This document shows, in pieces, positions 48,588 through 58,893 of a DNA stretch of 64,000 nt. The stretch lies in assembly GCA_963827275.1 (NCBI GenBank), contig CAWHAA010000002.1, positions 160,001 through 224,000 on the forward strand. The letters run 5' to 3'. Source of the DNA: an uncultured Spirochaetota bacterium. Its GTDB lineage: Bacteria > Spirochaetota > UBA4802 > UBA5550. Under the pieces are notes generated by a model. That model was not told where the DNA came from. It saw only the letters and a list, made by a program, of their open reading frames with translations, and did no database searches. Position 1 is the stretch's first letter, and each line of letters begins with the position of its first letter. Made by a program: the position numbers and the translations under genes.

Positions 48588-49673
48588 TCAGGAAACGTAC
48601 TCTGCCACCCGGTCCCCGACCTGGGTGGTGGAGAGCCCCATCTTGCCCGCTTCCATGGATTTCATGTCCTTTTCGATGACTTTCATCGACGCCCTTCTCG
48701 ATACGGTCCGCCGCTTTTTTCTCGCCCAGCGTCTCCAGCATCATGGCGCCGGCGCAGATGGCGGCGAGGGGGTTGATGGCGTTCTTGCCGGTCCACATCG
48801 GCGCGGTGCCGCCGATCGGCTCGAACATGCTCACCCCTGCCGGGTTCAGGTTGCCGCCCGCGGCGATGCCCGAGGCCGCCCTGGGTGATCGCGGCGAGGT
48901 CGGTGATGATGTCGCCGAACATGTTTTCCGTGACGATGACGTCGAACATCTCGGGGCTCGCGATCATGTAGAGGCAGGTCGCGTCCACGTGGTAGTACTC
49001 CCGCTTCACGTCAGGGTACTCCTTCCCGATCTCGGCGAAGACGCGGTTCCAGAGCTCGTACATGTAGGTGAGCACGTTCGACTTGCCGACCAGGGCGAGC
49101 GTGTTCGCCGGTCCCACGCCGCGGGCCTTCTTGCCGTGCGTGCGGGCGTATTCGAAGGCGTAGCGGAGGCAGCGCTCCACCTGCGCGTAGGTATAGACCA
49201 TGTTCTGCACCGCGGTCTCGTCCTTCGTGCCGGGCCGCGACAGGCCGCCCATGCCGGTGTACATGCCGCCGCTGTTCTCGCGGACGCAGCAGTAATCGAT
49301 CTCTTTCGGGCCCTTGTTCCTGATCGGGCACTCCACGCCGGGAAAGAGCCGCACGGGCCGCAGGTTGATGTACTGGTCGAGCTCGAAGCGCAGCTTCAGG
49401 AGGATGCCCTTCTCCAGTATCCCCGGCTTCACGTCCGGGTGCCCGATGGCGCCCAGAAAAATGGCGTCGAATTTTTTCAGTTCGGCGACGGCGTTTTCAG
49501 GGAGCACCTCCCCGGTTCTCATGAAGCGCTCGCCGCCGAAATCGAACGTTGTGAAATTGAGCGAAAGTTTCTCCGACCGCCGCAGCGGCGTTCAGGACCT
49601 TGAGCCCTTCCCCCACGACTTCCGGGCCGGTGCCGTCGCCGGGTAATACCGCGATGTTGTATGATCGTGCCAT
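48588..49673 (-). CDS. leuB: 3-isopropylmalate dehydrogenase, with about 3 frameshifts
   Basis: IAVLPGDGTGPEV, LGAIG, LRFELDQYINLRP, VRENS, DVIVTENMFGDIITD, MFEPIGG.AP, INP, STTQVGD; breaks near 49570, 48870 and 48688. Confidence 0.9.
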
Positions 49674-50035
49674 GGGGGCCTCCTGGTGAAAAAATAGGTA
49701 CGGGGATTTCGTTTAACGCACGTGGGTAAAATGTCAAGATAAATCGCGGCGCAGCGGCAGCGGGCGGTGCGGCCGCCATACTGCCCGCCGGCATCAGGAC
49801 CTGTAAGAGGAGTGAATGCATTGGTCCCTGGTTGATATGACGAGCCTGGTATTTTTTATCGGAATGATAATTTCATTATTATTCAAAATACTGATAAAAA
49901 AATATTAATTTGTACAGTTTTTTATTAAAAAACTTGCAAAAAAACTGTGCTCTATATTTCATGATTTATAAATACAAAAATATATAGAATGGCAGTATAT
50001 TAGTTTCGCGTAGTGTAATTCCCGGGGGGGAACTG

Positions 50036-51523
50036 ATGGTTGTAGCCAAAACATCAAAGATGGCCGCCGATTTTGACCGGGGGGAAACCATCGGCCTGTC
50101 GTTAAGCTATCATAATAAAACGGTAATCCGCTTTATCAGCTCTGTCATAACCAAAATCCTGGCACGGAACAACCTGATCTACCTGCAGGACACCATCATC
50201 ACCATTCTGCGGGAAATAATTGTCAATGCGGTAAAGGCAAATTCAAAACGCCTCTATTTCGGCTTCCAGAACCTTGATATAAACGACTCCGATGAGTACG
50301 CGCAGGGAATGGAGAGCTTCAAGACCTATATCGTGGAAAACCAGGATCTGGTCGCGGAGGAGCTGAAAAAAAGCGACTACAAGGTGCTCGTGTACCTGAA
50401 AAAATTCGAGTCCGGCTTCAGCATCCACGTGCGGAACAACACCCCGATCCATCCGACCGAGATGCAGCGGATCAACATGCGCATTGACAAAGCGAAGACA
50501 TATAATGATTTTTCCGAGGTGTACTGCGATGTCACCGATAACTCGGAGGGCGAGGGCCTCGGGCTTGTCCTCACGGTCCTCTTCCTTAAAAACTCCGGCA
50601 TCGGCGTCAATTCGCTGAAGATATCATCGGATGACAGCATGACCCAGGCGTCGCTCGTGGTGCCCTTCCAGCTGAAGCCGGTCGCGGTCATGAACAAGAT
50701 ACAGCAGCAGATACTCAACGAGGTGCGCGATCTGCCGACGTTCCCCGAGAACATACTGGAGCTCGAAAAGCTCTGCTCCAACCCGGAGGTCGATTACCGG
50801 CTGGTGGCGGACCGGCTGTCGGTCGATCCGTCGCTCTCCGTGTCCGTGCTGAAGCTTTCGAATTCCGCCGCGTTCATTACGAGGAGGCGCATCGACACCA
50901 TCAGCGAGGCGATCAACCTGATAGGGATGAAGAACCTCAGGTCGATCATCATCGCCTCCAGCGCGCGGCGCATCCTCGATGAACGCTACTCCTCGTTCAG
51001 GCAGGTGTGGGACCATTGCAACAAAACGGCGTTTTACGCACGCCAGCTCTCCCTCGCCTTCGGGCAGGGCAAGATTGCCCAGAGCGTTTACCTTGCCGCG
51101 CTCCTGCATGACCTGGGAAAGATCGTGCTCCTGTCCACGAGCTCGGCCCTTTCCGAGTGGATGTTCACCATCACCCGCGACCGCGGCATGCGGACCTCCA
51201 CGGTGATCGAGGAGGTTTCCATCGGCATCAGCCATTCCAGCATCGGTGAAAAGATCGCGCGCAAGTGGAACCTGCCGGAATACCTGGTGGAAACTATCCA
51301 GTGGCACCATGCCCCCCTGAATTGCAGCGAGGAATATCGCGACATCGTGTATATAACCTACCTTGCCAACAAGCTGTGCGGCATAGAGGACAGGAGGTTC
51401 GATTTCTACTATCTCGAGGAAGAGGTCCTGCAGCGGTATAACATCGACAACGAGAAGGCCTTCGAAGACCTGCACGCCGAGTTGAAAAAAAGGTACCAGG
51501 AACAGGACCACCAGAAAAGCTGA
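50036..51523 (+). CDS. HDOD-domain protein with N-terminal GHKL ATPase-like domain
   Basis: LREIIVNAVKAN (N-box), GEGLGL (G2-box); LPTFPE, DPSL...LKLSNSA, LLHDLGK, WNLP...I.WHH. Confidence 0.85.
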   Translation: MVVAKTSKMAADFDRGETIGLSLSYHNKTVIRFISSVITKILARNNLIYLQDTIITILREIIVNAVKANSKRLYFGFQNLDINDSDEYAQGMESFKTYIVENQDLVAEELKKSDYKVLVYLKKFESGFSIHVRNNTPIHPTEMQRINMRIDKAKTYNDFSEVYCDVTDNSEGEGLGLVLTVLFLKNSGIGVNSLKISSDDSMTQASLVVPFQLKPVAVMNKIQQQILNEVRDLPTFPENILELEKLCSNPEVDYRLVADRLSVDPSLSVSVLKLSNSAAFITRRRIDTISEAINLIGMKNLRSIIIASSARRILDERYSSFRQVWDHCNKTAFYARQLSLAFGQGKIAQSVYLAALLHDLGKIVLLSTSSALSEWMFTITRDRGMRTSTVIEEVSIGISHSSIGEKIARKWNLPEYLVETIQWHHAPLNCSEEYRDIVYITYLANKLCGIEDRRFDFYYLEEEVLQRYNIDNEKAFEDLHAELKKRYQEQDHQKS

Positions 51524-52179
51524 GGCGATACCGGGCGCCGGATAACAGGGTGACCGGCGCTCTCCAGGTTTCGTGTGCCGCCGCCAGGTCCTTTCCCCGG
51601 CGCCGGCAATGGTGTGATGCGTTTCATGGCGTAAAAATTTCTTGAAATATGCGCATATAGATTGTTTCTTGTTATTGCAGGGTGCCATGCCTCCCTCGGG
51701 GTGTGCGGCCGGGAAGGACGCTTGCCTGTCAATGTACGCGCATGGCACAGGGGAAGGGCCTATCTTGAAAAAAACATGCTTCATTATTTCTTTCCCGGGT
51801 GATAGATGAAAATTCTGGTTTTGTATCAGGCGTCCGCCGCTGCCCGGGCGGGATGGTCATGGAAGGAAACATGGGGATCGGCCTCATTGACGAATTCGGG
51901 CTCTTTCTCGGGAACGTGGAGAAAAAGGATATCGAGGTCCTGCGCGTCAGGTTGTACAGCCATCCCGGCTTCTTTTCTCTCTTTCTTACCATGAAAGATC
52001 ATGATGACTGACAGCAGTATGCCTTGTTCATAGAAAGTCGCTACGGTAGCAGCGCGCGGTGTGCCTTGACGGACATCGTATTCCCGTTGTGCTCGAAGAG
52101 CGGATGAAAGAGATACGGGATTTTTTTGAGGCCAGATGAATGGCCGGATTCGGACAATAAAAGAGGCCGGGACTGCAAA

Positions 52180-52812
52180 ATGAAAAAGCTTGAAACAACA
52201 CGGTCGATCATCCCCCGAAGCGTTATACGGCTGTACCGGAAGGGGTTCGGGTATGCCAGGCTCACCGTCCTCGACAACAACGAGTATTATCTCTCGGCGA
52301 TATCGGACGAGGAATTCTTTGATTACTGCAGGGAGAATGACACGGTTGAAGCCTATCTCTGGGTCGAGGACGTCGCGTCGTACCAGTTTGCCCTTACGGT
52401 GACCGGTAAAATTGCCCCGGGCCCCCGCGTCCTCTTTTTCGGCCATACCGATAAAATCACGAGGAGCCCGGTTCGGAAGTGCATCACCGCGGCGGTCACT
52501 ATCCCCATACAGTTCTTTGCCTTCGACCCGTCGGATAACGGCGCGAGCATATCCACGGAAAAGATTGTCTGTCATTCGGGATCGGTGGTCCTGCTGTCGG
52601 ACCGGGAAGCGGCCATTCGCAGCGATGCGGACCTGCGCGCTGCGAAGTTCATCAAGGGGACGATCAGGATCAAGGATGAAGATTTAGAACTGGTGGGGAA
52701 AATCGAGCTCATCAACGATGAGAAAAAAATATATACTGTCCTGTTTACCGGCATGCATGACAAAGAGAGGAACCATATTCTGGATTACGTGTTCAGCATT
52801 TATCGCGAGTAA
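52180..52812 (+). CDS. YcgR/PilZ-like protein with degenerate motifs
   Basis: Two-domain layout; linker ITRSPVRKCIT, GSVVLLS...A, C-terminal F.GM.DKERNHILDYVF. Confidence 0.55.
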   Translation: MKKLETTRSIIPRSVIRLYRKGFGYARLTVLDNNEYYLSAISDEEFFDYCRENDTVEAYLWVEDVASYQFALTVTGKIAPGPRVLFFGHTDKITRSPVRKCITAAVTIPIQFFAFDPSDNGASISTEKIVCHSGSVVLLSDREAAIRSDADLRAAKFIKGTIRIKDEDLELVGKIELINDEKKIYTVLFTGMHDKERNHILDYVFSIYRE

Positions 52813-53004
52813 ATGATCCCTGTGGTGACGTAAACCGGTATGATACAGGCTCCATTGATATTCCTTCTTTATTATTGAAGATTTTCATTATTTTTAACCT
52901 GTTTTTGTACATTTTTAATAACTATTATGATAATTTATACCGAAATTCTATAAAGAGATCGCTTACAGGCGATTGGCAGTACATTATAGGATCATCAGAG
53001 ACAC

Positions 53005-53961
53005 ATGAAAATGATTACGCGTTATCCTGTTATTCTGGCGGTGCTGATAGCGTTCGCTGTGCCCGGCTTTTCTGCCGGGTACGACACCGGTTCGCTGCGG
53101 GTACATATCAGGATGGATAAGAAAGTATTCTACTCCGACGAGGACGTGGACCTCCAGGTGTGCGTGAAAAATGTTTCGGATAAAAAGAATTATTTTCTCG
53201 TGTACGACCCCTCTGACGGCGAATCGCCCGATTATACGACTTTCCAGCCGATGGTATATGACATGGACGGCCGGGAGGCGGAGATCACGGTCCCGTACCG
53301 GATCGAGGACCGCGGCATCGGCGACCTGGTCGCGGGACTGGACAAGCGCATGGTGGAGCTGGCCCCGGGGGAGATGTTCATCCACACCGCGCGCCTCAAG
53401 GGGCTGTTCAGGCTCCGCACCGGCACCGTGTACCGGGTCAAGGGGCTTTTTTACCCGACCTTCGAAGAGGGCGGGGCGATAACAAGCGACAACGAGTTGT
53501 CGTTCAGGATCATCGAGGCCAGGCAGTACAACAAGCCGAGCGGCGTTGACGCGGTCGACCGGTCGCTGTCGCCCGATGAAGTAATGTCGCTGATCCTGCA
53601 GGCTGAAAAGGAGAGGGACTGGGACAAGTGGGTAAAATATGTTAATGTTGAAAAATATATCGGAGCGTTCCCCGAGTTCGTTCAGACGTACCGGCGCGCA
53701 AATTTCGAGGAAAAATCGAGGATTGAAAAAGATTTCATCCGTTTCGTGACACGGGAACGGGACGATTATCTGCTTGATTATAAAATTATCAGGCAGGATG
53801 TTGAAAAAAAGCGTAACATTGCGTATGTTTATGTCATAGTGGACCGCTTCGGCACCAGGGTGACCAATCGATACCGGTGCAGGTATACGCTTGAGCAGTA
53901 CAAAAATCTGTGGCTCATAACCGACGAGGTGGCCACGGTGATAAAGGGTGTTAAACGATGA
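53005..53961 (+). CDS. Exported hypothetical protein translationally coupled to fliM
   Basis: 318 aa; signal peptide (LAVLIAFAVPGFSA); ATGA overlap with fliM. Confidence 0.8.
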   Translation: MKMITRYPVILAVLIAFAVPGFSAGYDTGSLRVHIRMDKKVFYSDEDVDLQVCVKNVSDKKNYFLVYDPSDGESPDYTTFQPMVYDMDGREAEITVPYRIEDRGIGDLVAGLDKRMVELAPGEMFIHTARLKGLFRLRTGTVYRVKGLFYPTFEEGGAITSDNELSFRIIEARQYNKPSGVDAVDRSLSPDEVMSLILQAEKERDWDKWVKYVNVEKYIGAFPEFVQTYRRANFEEKSRIEKDFIRFVTRERDDYLLDYKIIRQDVEKKRNIAYVYVIVDRFGTRVTNRYRCRYTLEQYKNLWLITDEVATVIKGVKR

Positions 53962-54983
53962 CTGAAATCCTATCACAAGACGAAATCGATGCCCTGTTGA
54001 CCGCCATATCGACCGGCGAGGTGGACACCACGGACTATTCTGCCGCCAAGGAGCAGAAGAAGGTCAAGATCTACGATTTCCGCCGCCCGGACAAGTTTTC
54101 AAAAGACCACATCCGGACTTTGCAGATGATGCACGAGACCTTCGCCCGGCTCACGACAACGGCGCTCTCGGCGCAGCTCCGCGCCCTGGTCGGCGTCCAC
54201 GTCGCGTCGGTTGACCAGCTTACCTACGAGGAGTTCATCCGCTCCATCCCGAACCCCACCACCCTCGCGGTCATCAACATGGACCCGCTGAAGGGCTCGG
54301 CGGTGCTCGAGATCGACCCTTCGATCACCTTTACCATCATCGACAAGCTGTTCGGCGGGATGGGCGAAGCAACGAAGATAAGCCGGGAACTCACCGATAT
54401 CGAGCTCTCCGTCATGGAGGGTATCATTGTCCGCATACTCGGGAATTTACGGGAGGCGTGGTCCAACGTCATCGACCTCCGGCCGCGCCTTGGCAACATT
54501 GAAACGAACCCGCAGTTCGCGCAGATCGTGCCGCCGAACGACATGGTCGTTCTCATCACCCTCGAAACGAAGGTCGGCGAGGTCGAGGGCATGACCAACC
54601 TGTGTATCCCCTACATCTCGATCGAGCCGGTCATCTCCAAGCTGTCGGCGCAATACATGTATTCCAGCATCCGCAAGGGCGCGACGGACGAAAACCTCTC
54701 GGTCATCCAGAAGCGGCTCGAAACCGTCATCCTGCCGGTCGTGGCGGAGCTGGGCGAGGTACAGATCACTGTCCAGGAGGTCCTGCGGCTCACCCTGGGG
54801 GACGTCATAAAGCTTCCCGATACCAAGGTCGGTTCCGACATGACCCTCAAGATCGGCGGCCGGAAGAAGTTCAAGTGCCGTCCGGGCGTTGTTTCAAGCA
54901 GGATGGCGATCAAGATCGGCGACCGTATCGAAGAAGTCCCTGACGAACTGCTGATTTCGAAGAGAAGCGATGATGACTTCTGA
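53958..54983 (+). CDS. fliM: Flagellar motor switch protein FliM
   Basis: MTEILSQDEIDALL, YDFRRPDKFSK, VDQLTYEEF, ETNPQF.QIV, SpoA-type C-terminus. Confidence 0.98.
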   Translation: MTEILSQDEIDALLTAISTGEVDTTDYSAAKEQKKVKIYDFRRPDKFSKDHIRTLQMMHETFARLTTTALSAQLRALVGVHVASVDQLTYEEFIRSIPNPTTLAVINMDPLKGSAVLEIDPSITFTIIDKLFGGMGEATKISRELTDIELSVMEGIIVRILGNLREAWSNVIDLRPRLGNIETNPQFAQIVPPNDMVVLITLETKVGEVEGMTNLCIPYISIEPVISKLSAQYMYSSIRKGATDENLSVIQKRLETVILPVVAELGEVQITVQEVLRLTLGDVIKLPDTKVGSDMTLKIGGRKKFKCRPGVVSSRMAIKIGDRIEEVPDELLISKRSDDDF

Positions 54984-54988
54984 GATAG

Positions 54989-55414
54989 TTATAAATCATT
55001 TTTGTAAATTATTGTCGGATTGATGGCAACAACATGATATATGCCATTAATATTTGCGATTGTATCTCTTATAAACTCTGTCATGCTCTCCCTGGAGTGG
55101 CTGCTTTTTACAAAATCTGAGATCTCTCGCCTTATTGACAGAAGAAGAGACTCCTCGGGTGACTTGTACAGACTTATGCCGCCAAATACATTCCAGTGCC
55201 GGCTTTTATCGGAACCATCTTCCTTGTTCCCGGGCAGTAAAAAATTTTCCAGTGCTATGGAGCTGGGCAGTTTTTCTTTGGGAATTATTTTTATCCAGGC
55301 AAAGGGAACCCGTATTGCTTCATCGATCATGCCGACCGCGCTTTTTTTGTTTCCAGATTTAATACGCAATGCCTCTCTGAATAACAAAATCATCGGCAAA
55401 TTATGATTCTGCAA
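54989..55414 (-). CDS. Hypothetical protein, lower GC, start uncertain
   Basis: Open frame continues without stop to 55531; fills the gap between fliM and a terminator. Confidence 0.5.
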   Translation of the reverse strand: MQNHNLPMILLFREALRIKSGNKKSAVGMIDEAIRVPFAWIKIIPKEKLPSSIALENFLLPGNKEDGSDKSRHWNVFGGISLYKSPEESLLLSIRREISDFVKSSHSRESMTEFIRDTIANINGIYHVVAINPTIIYKNDL

Positions 55415-55551
55415 TTGTATATCTATATGCGAAGGACTCGTTTTCGCAACAGACCGTAAATATCTTCTATCGTATTGGGCGAATAATAATAAGTGAATAA
55501 CTCTGGCAAAAAATCGTGCTTCATATATATTTCATGTATACGGGATACCGG

Positions 55552-55580
55552 AAAAAATCCGCCATCGGCGGATTTTTTTT
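55552..55580. terminator. Bidirectional intrinsic terminator
   Basis: AAAAAATCCGCC-ATC-GGCGGATTTTTTTT. Confidence 0.82.
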
Positions 55581-55649
55581 AGTGATACGGGAACACAAAA
55601 AGCTCCATGTGCGCCGGCATCAGTACCGCTGAATATTTACGGTATGATA

Positions 55650-55847
55650 TTATTTCCTGATAAAAAAGAAATATCCCAGATACACAAATGAAATAACCGC
55701 GATCGCCCAGACCAGCGGGATGATGCCCAAAAAGAATTCACTGAAATACGCGCCAAGCAGTATGCCAGCAGTCAATAACCCGATTTTTAAGATGCCCCAG
55801 GAAACGACCCCGAGATCGGATGTTTTTCTCAATAAGTTGTTCAGCAT
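55650..55847 (-). CDS. Small two-TM membrane protein
   Basis: 65 aa; AGGAGG RBS; followed by a terminator. Confidence 0.7.
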   Translation of the reverse strand: MLNNLLRKTSDLGVVSWGILKIGLLTAGILLGAYFSEFFLGIIPLVWAIAVISFVYLGYFFFIRK

Positions 55848-56051
55848 GGTGCGGCCTCCTTTTTGATGGCGGTTCTGATGCCTCTGGATGAATTACGGAA
55901 GAATTCAGGTTACTATAAAATAGCGCGGAACATGAATCAAGGCAAGGAAAAAACCGGTCAGAATACAGTGTTGATCGGGTGAAGCATAAGGACGCCACTG
56001 GCAGAAGGAGTGCAGGGGATTGAAAATATTGAAAGAATTAAGGGGAACGAA

Positions 56052-57083
56052 CTACCGGGTGATTCTGTTCAGGTACGGCATCGGGTCAACAAACTCGGTG
56101 CCGATGATGATCGCGTAATGGCAGACATAGCGCGCGGTCTTGCCGGTTCTTCCGACATACCCTATGATTTCGCCCTTCGATATCTGCTGGTCAAGCTCAA
56201 CCGATACCCGCTGGCAGTGGGAATACGACGTGGTAAACCCGTACTTGTGCTTTATCGACACCAGAAGCCCCCGCACCGGGTCCCAGCGGATGTCGCTGAC
56301 CTTTCCGGGAGCGGTGGCCCTGATCTCGGCGCCGGGAAACGATTCTATGTCGATGCCGCTGTTGAATTCGGTTTCAGCGGCGTACATGGAAGTGCGCTGG
56401 CCGAACCTCGATATGATATAACCGTTCACGGGCCATATTGACGGCGTTGTCTCAATTATTTTTTTGCGGTACTCGAGAAATACCTTGATCTTCGAGAGCA
56501 GCTTTTTCGTCGTCCTGAGTTCGCGCTCGACTTCCTGTATGTTCAGGATCTCTATCGGGGGTGATGGATCTATTTCGCCCTCGCCGCCCGCGCCGTCCTC
56601 GAACGTCGGGTTCGGGTTGTGCACGCCGCCCTTTGCCCAGAGCGAATCGATATCGCTCCCGGGGGTCAGAGAGTAGAGGTGCGTGATCTCCGGCTTGAAT
56701 TTCTGGAAGATATCGTAGAGCTGGTTGATTTCTTCCTTGTATTTCTTTATCTGTATCTTTGAATTGACGCCGTATTTTTTAAGCTTCGACACTTCCTTTA
56801 TCGTTGATGAATGGTTGATGATCAGGACCGAAGTGACCGTGACCGTGGCGGTGATAATGCCGCCGATGATCGCGATGGCGAAAATCGTGACGTGGAAATT
56901 GACGATCCTCTTTTCAGAGTGGGGAATGAACATGATGGTAATGCGTTCCTTCCCCTTGGCGACAAAGCGTTTCCGCAGGTCATCGAGCCTGGCTTTTTTG
57001 GAGCTAAGATGATCTGACAGAAACTGCAGTATGTTTTTCTGCAGGTCGTTCAGGTTTGTTTCTTTAAAAGGGTTAAGGCTCAT
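56052..57083 (-). CDS. M23/LytM-domain membrane protein with degenerate zinc site
   Basis: TM, coiled coil, TPSIWPVNG.I.SRFG.R, NSGIDI, ATAPG, YSH, IGYVGRTG, VCHY, VDP. Confidence 0.88.
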   Translation of the reverse strand: MSLNPFKETNLNDLQKNILQFLSDHLSSKKARLDDLRKRFVAKGKERITIMFIPHSEKRIVNFHVTIFAIAIIGGIITATVTVTSVLIINHSSTIKEVSKLKKYGVNSKIQIKKYKEEINQLYDIFQKFKPEITHLYSLTPGSDIDSLWAKGGVHNPNPTFEDGAGGEGEIDPSPPIEILNIQEVERELRTTKKLLSKIKVFLEYRKKIIETTPSIWPVNGYIISRFGQRTSMYAAETEFNSGIDIESFPGAEIRATAPGKVSDIRWDPVRGLLVSIKHKYGFTTSYSHCQRVSVELDQQISKGEIIGYVGRTGKTARYVCHYAIIIGTEFVDPMPYLNRITR

Positions 57084-57289
57084 GGCTGAATGTTATATGA
57101 CAACTGTATCCATATGTTCTTTGATGTAATACTATCTACGTCGTTCCGCCGCAAAATATTCAAAAAAAATTAATAGATATAATTCTTTTGTATAATAATA
57201 TTTATCGGTAAATTTATGTCAAGTTTTTCTTATTTTACGGATTAATCAATAATTTTTTGTTACGCCGCACAAGCGATTACAGTGCGCTG

Positions 57290-58219
57290 TTATATGGCCC
57301 GGTTCTTTTCATCCGCCAGTTTTAAAAGCCCGTACAGGCTTTCGCAGTGGGGGACGGGGACATTGAGCCGGTGTGCGATCCGTACCGTATTTCCGAGTAT
57401 TGCCTCCACTTCCATGGGGCGTCTGAGCTCGTAATCCTGGAGCATGCTGGTCCTGGTCGGCGCCATCGACCGGGTGTCCGCTACAATCTTGTCAATGGCC
57501 GATGCCGGGACCGGGTGCCCCGCTTTTTCCGCCAGTGCGGCGATCTCCGTCATCACTGCGACCGCCAGCTTAAGCGTCGGCTCAGATCCGGTCATCTCCG
57601 CGGTGGTGGCGCCCCCGCAGAGCACCGAGATGGGGTTGAACGGGGCGTTCCACATTAATTTTCTCCACCGGGCCGCGACGATGTCATGATCGATGTCGCA
57701 GGGGACGCCCGCACTCCTGAAACGACGCGCCAGTGCCTCGATCTGTTCCGAGGTGCCTGACGGGTACCGGCCAATGATTGCCCGGCCGTAGTCCATGTGC
57801 GCTATGACGCCGAACGCGGGCCGGTGCACGCTGATAAATGCGATAGCGCTGATGATTTCATTGTCCGGGAATGCCGCAGCAACCGGGCTTTCAATCTCTA
57901 TGCCGTTTTGCAGAAGCACGATTGAGGTGGCCGGGTACACCGCTTTTTTGATCAGGTCCGGGACGTTGATTTCCGGCAGTACTTTTGTCGCCACAATGAT
58001 AAAATCCGGCTTTTCGCCGTATTCCCCGGCATCCCGGATCACCTGCACGGGGTTGAATTGGTAATCCCCCGCCACGCTGGTGATCGTGATCCCGTTTTTT
58101 TTCACCGCCTCATAATCCGAGCGGCACAGGACTGACACGCGCGAACCCGCCTGGGCCAGGCGCGCCCCGTAATAACTGCCGACAGCACCGGTCCCCACGA
58201 GTAAAATATCCTGTTTCAT
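57290..58219 (-). CDS. panE: 2-dehydropantoate 2-reductase family protein
   Basis: VGTGAVGSYYG, LQNG, WRKLMWNAPFN, TSMLQD..RPMEVEAILG. Confidence 0.92.
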   Translation of the reverse strand: MKQDILLVGTGAVGSYYGARLAQAGSRVSVLCRSDYEAVKKNGITITSVAGDYQFNPVQVIRDAGEYGEKPDFIIVATKVLPEINVPDLIKKAVYPATSIVLLQNGIEIESPVAAAFPDNEIISAIAFISVHRPAFGVIAHMDYGRAIIGRYPSGTSEQIEALARRFRSAGVPCDIDHDIVAARWRKLMWNAPFNPISVLCGGATTAEMTGSEPTLKLAVAVMTEIAALAEKAGHPVPASAIDKIVADTRSMAPTRTSMLQDYELRRPMEVEAILGNTVRIAHRLNVPVPHCESLYGLLKLADEKNRAI

Positions 58220-58488
58220 AATCCTGTCCCCCTGCCGGTATCCGGCCGGCGCCAGATGCCATTTTTTTTCACCAGACATCTAAAAAAGATGCCGGCGCAT
58301 CAATCAAGCATTAATCCGAATTAATCATTGACATGAAAGGGCATACAAATGAGATATTTTATATCCCGGCGGGGTGGACCGTGTGATGCGCATGATATGA
58401 ACAATTGACGAAAATTGGTCATTATGAGGACGCCCTTCGCGCCGCGGGGAACGTATTTACACACTTTGAAACTCTATGGAGGACTACC

Positions 58489-58890
58489 GTGACTTTTTGG
58501 CAGGAATGGGGCGGCTATATATTGATTCTCATCGCACTCCTGGTCATAGCGGCCGGGGTGGTTGCATATCGTATCATAAAGAAAAAGGTCCAGAAGAAGA
58601 TGGACGACCAGCAGCACCTTGTCAACCAGCACAAGGTACCGGCGTCGATTCTCGTCCTTGAAAAAAGGAAGGACAAGATCGCGAATGCAAATATACCAAA
58701 ATCGGTCATCGAGCAGATCCCGGCGGTGTACAAGATCAAGAAAGTGCCCATCGTGAAGGCGAAGATCGGCGCTCAGGTGATGGACCTCCTGTGCGACGAG
58801 GATGTGTTCGATAAGCTGCCCGAGCGGAAGACCGTGCGGGTTGAACTCGCGGGGATTTTCATCGCGGCAGTCAAGCAGGGGAAAAAATAG
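58489..58890 (+). CDS. Conserved-looking single-TM hypothetical protein
   Basis: GTG after GGAGG; TM followed by K-rich domain (KVPIVKAKIG.QVM.L.CD); 3 nt before cutA. Confidence 0.7.
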   Translation: MTFWQEWGGYILILIALLVIAAGVVAYRIIKKKVQKKMDDQQHLVNQHKVPASILVLEKRKDKIANANIPKSVIEQIPAVYKIKKVPIVKAKIGAQVMDLLCDEDVFDKLPERKTVRVELAGIFIAAVKQGKK

Positions 58891-58893
58891 CCG

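Noticed and set aside
51799..52011. Small plus-strand ORF (possible 46 aa from ATG 51871)
   Set aside because: Plausible codon use but no recognisable family or clear start; not enough support
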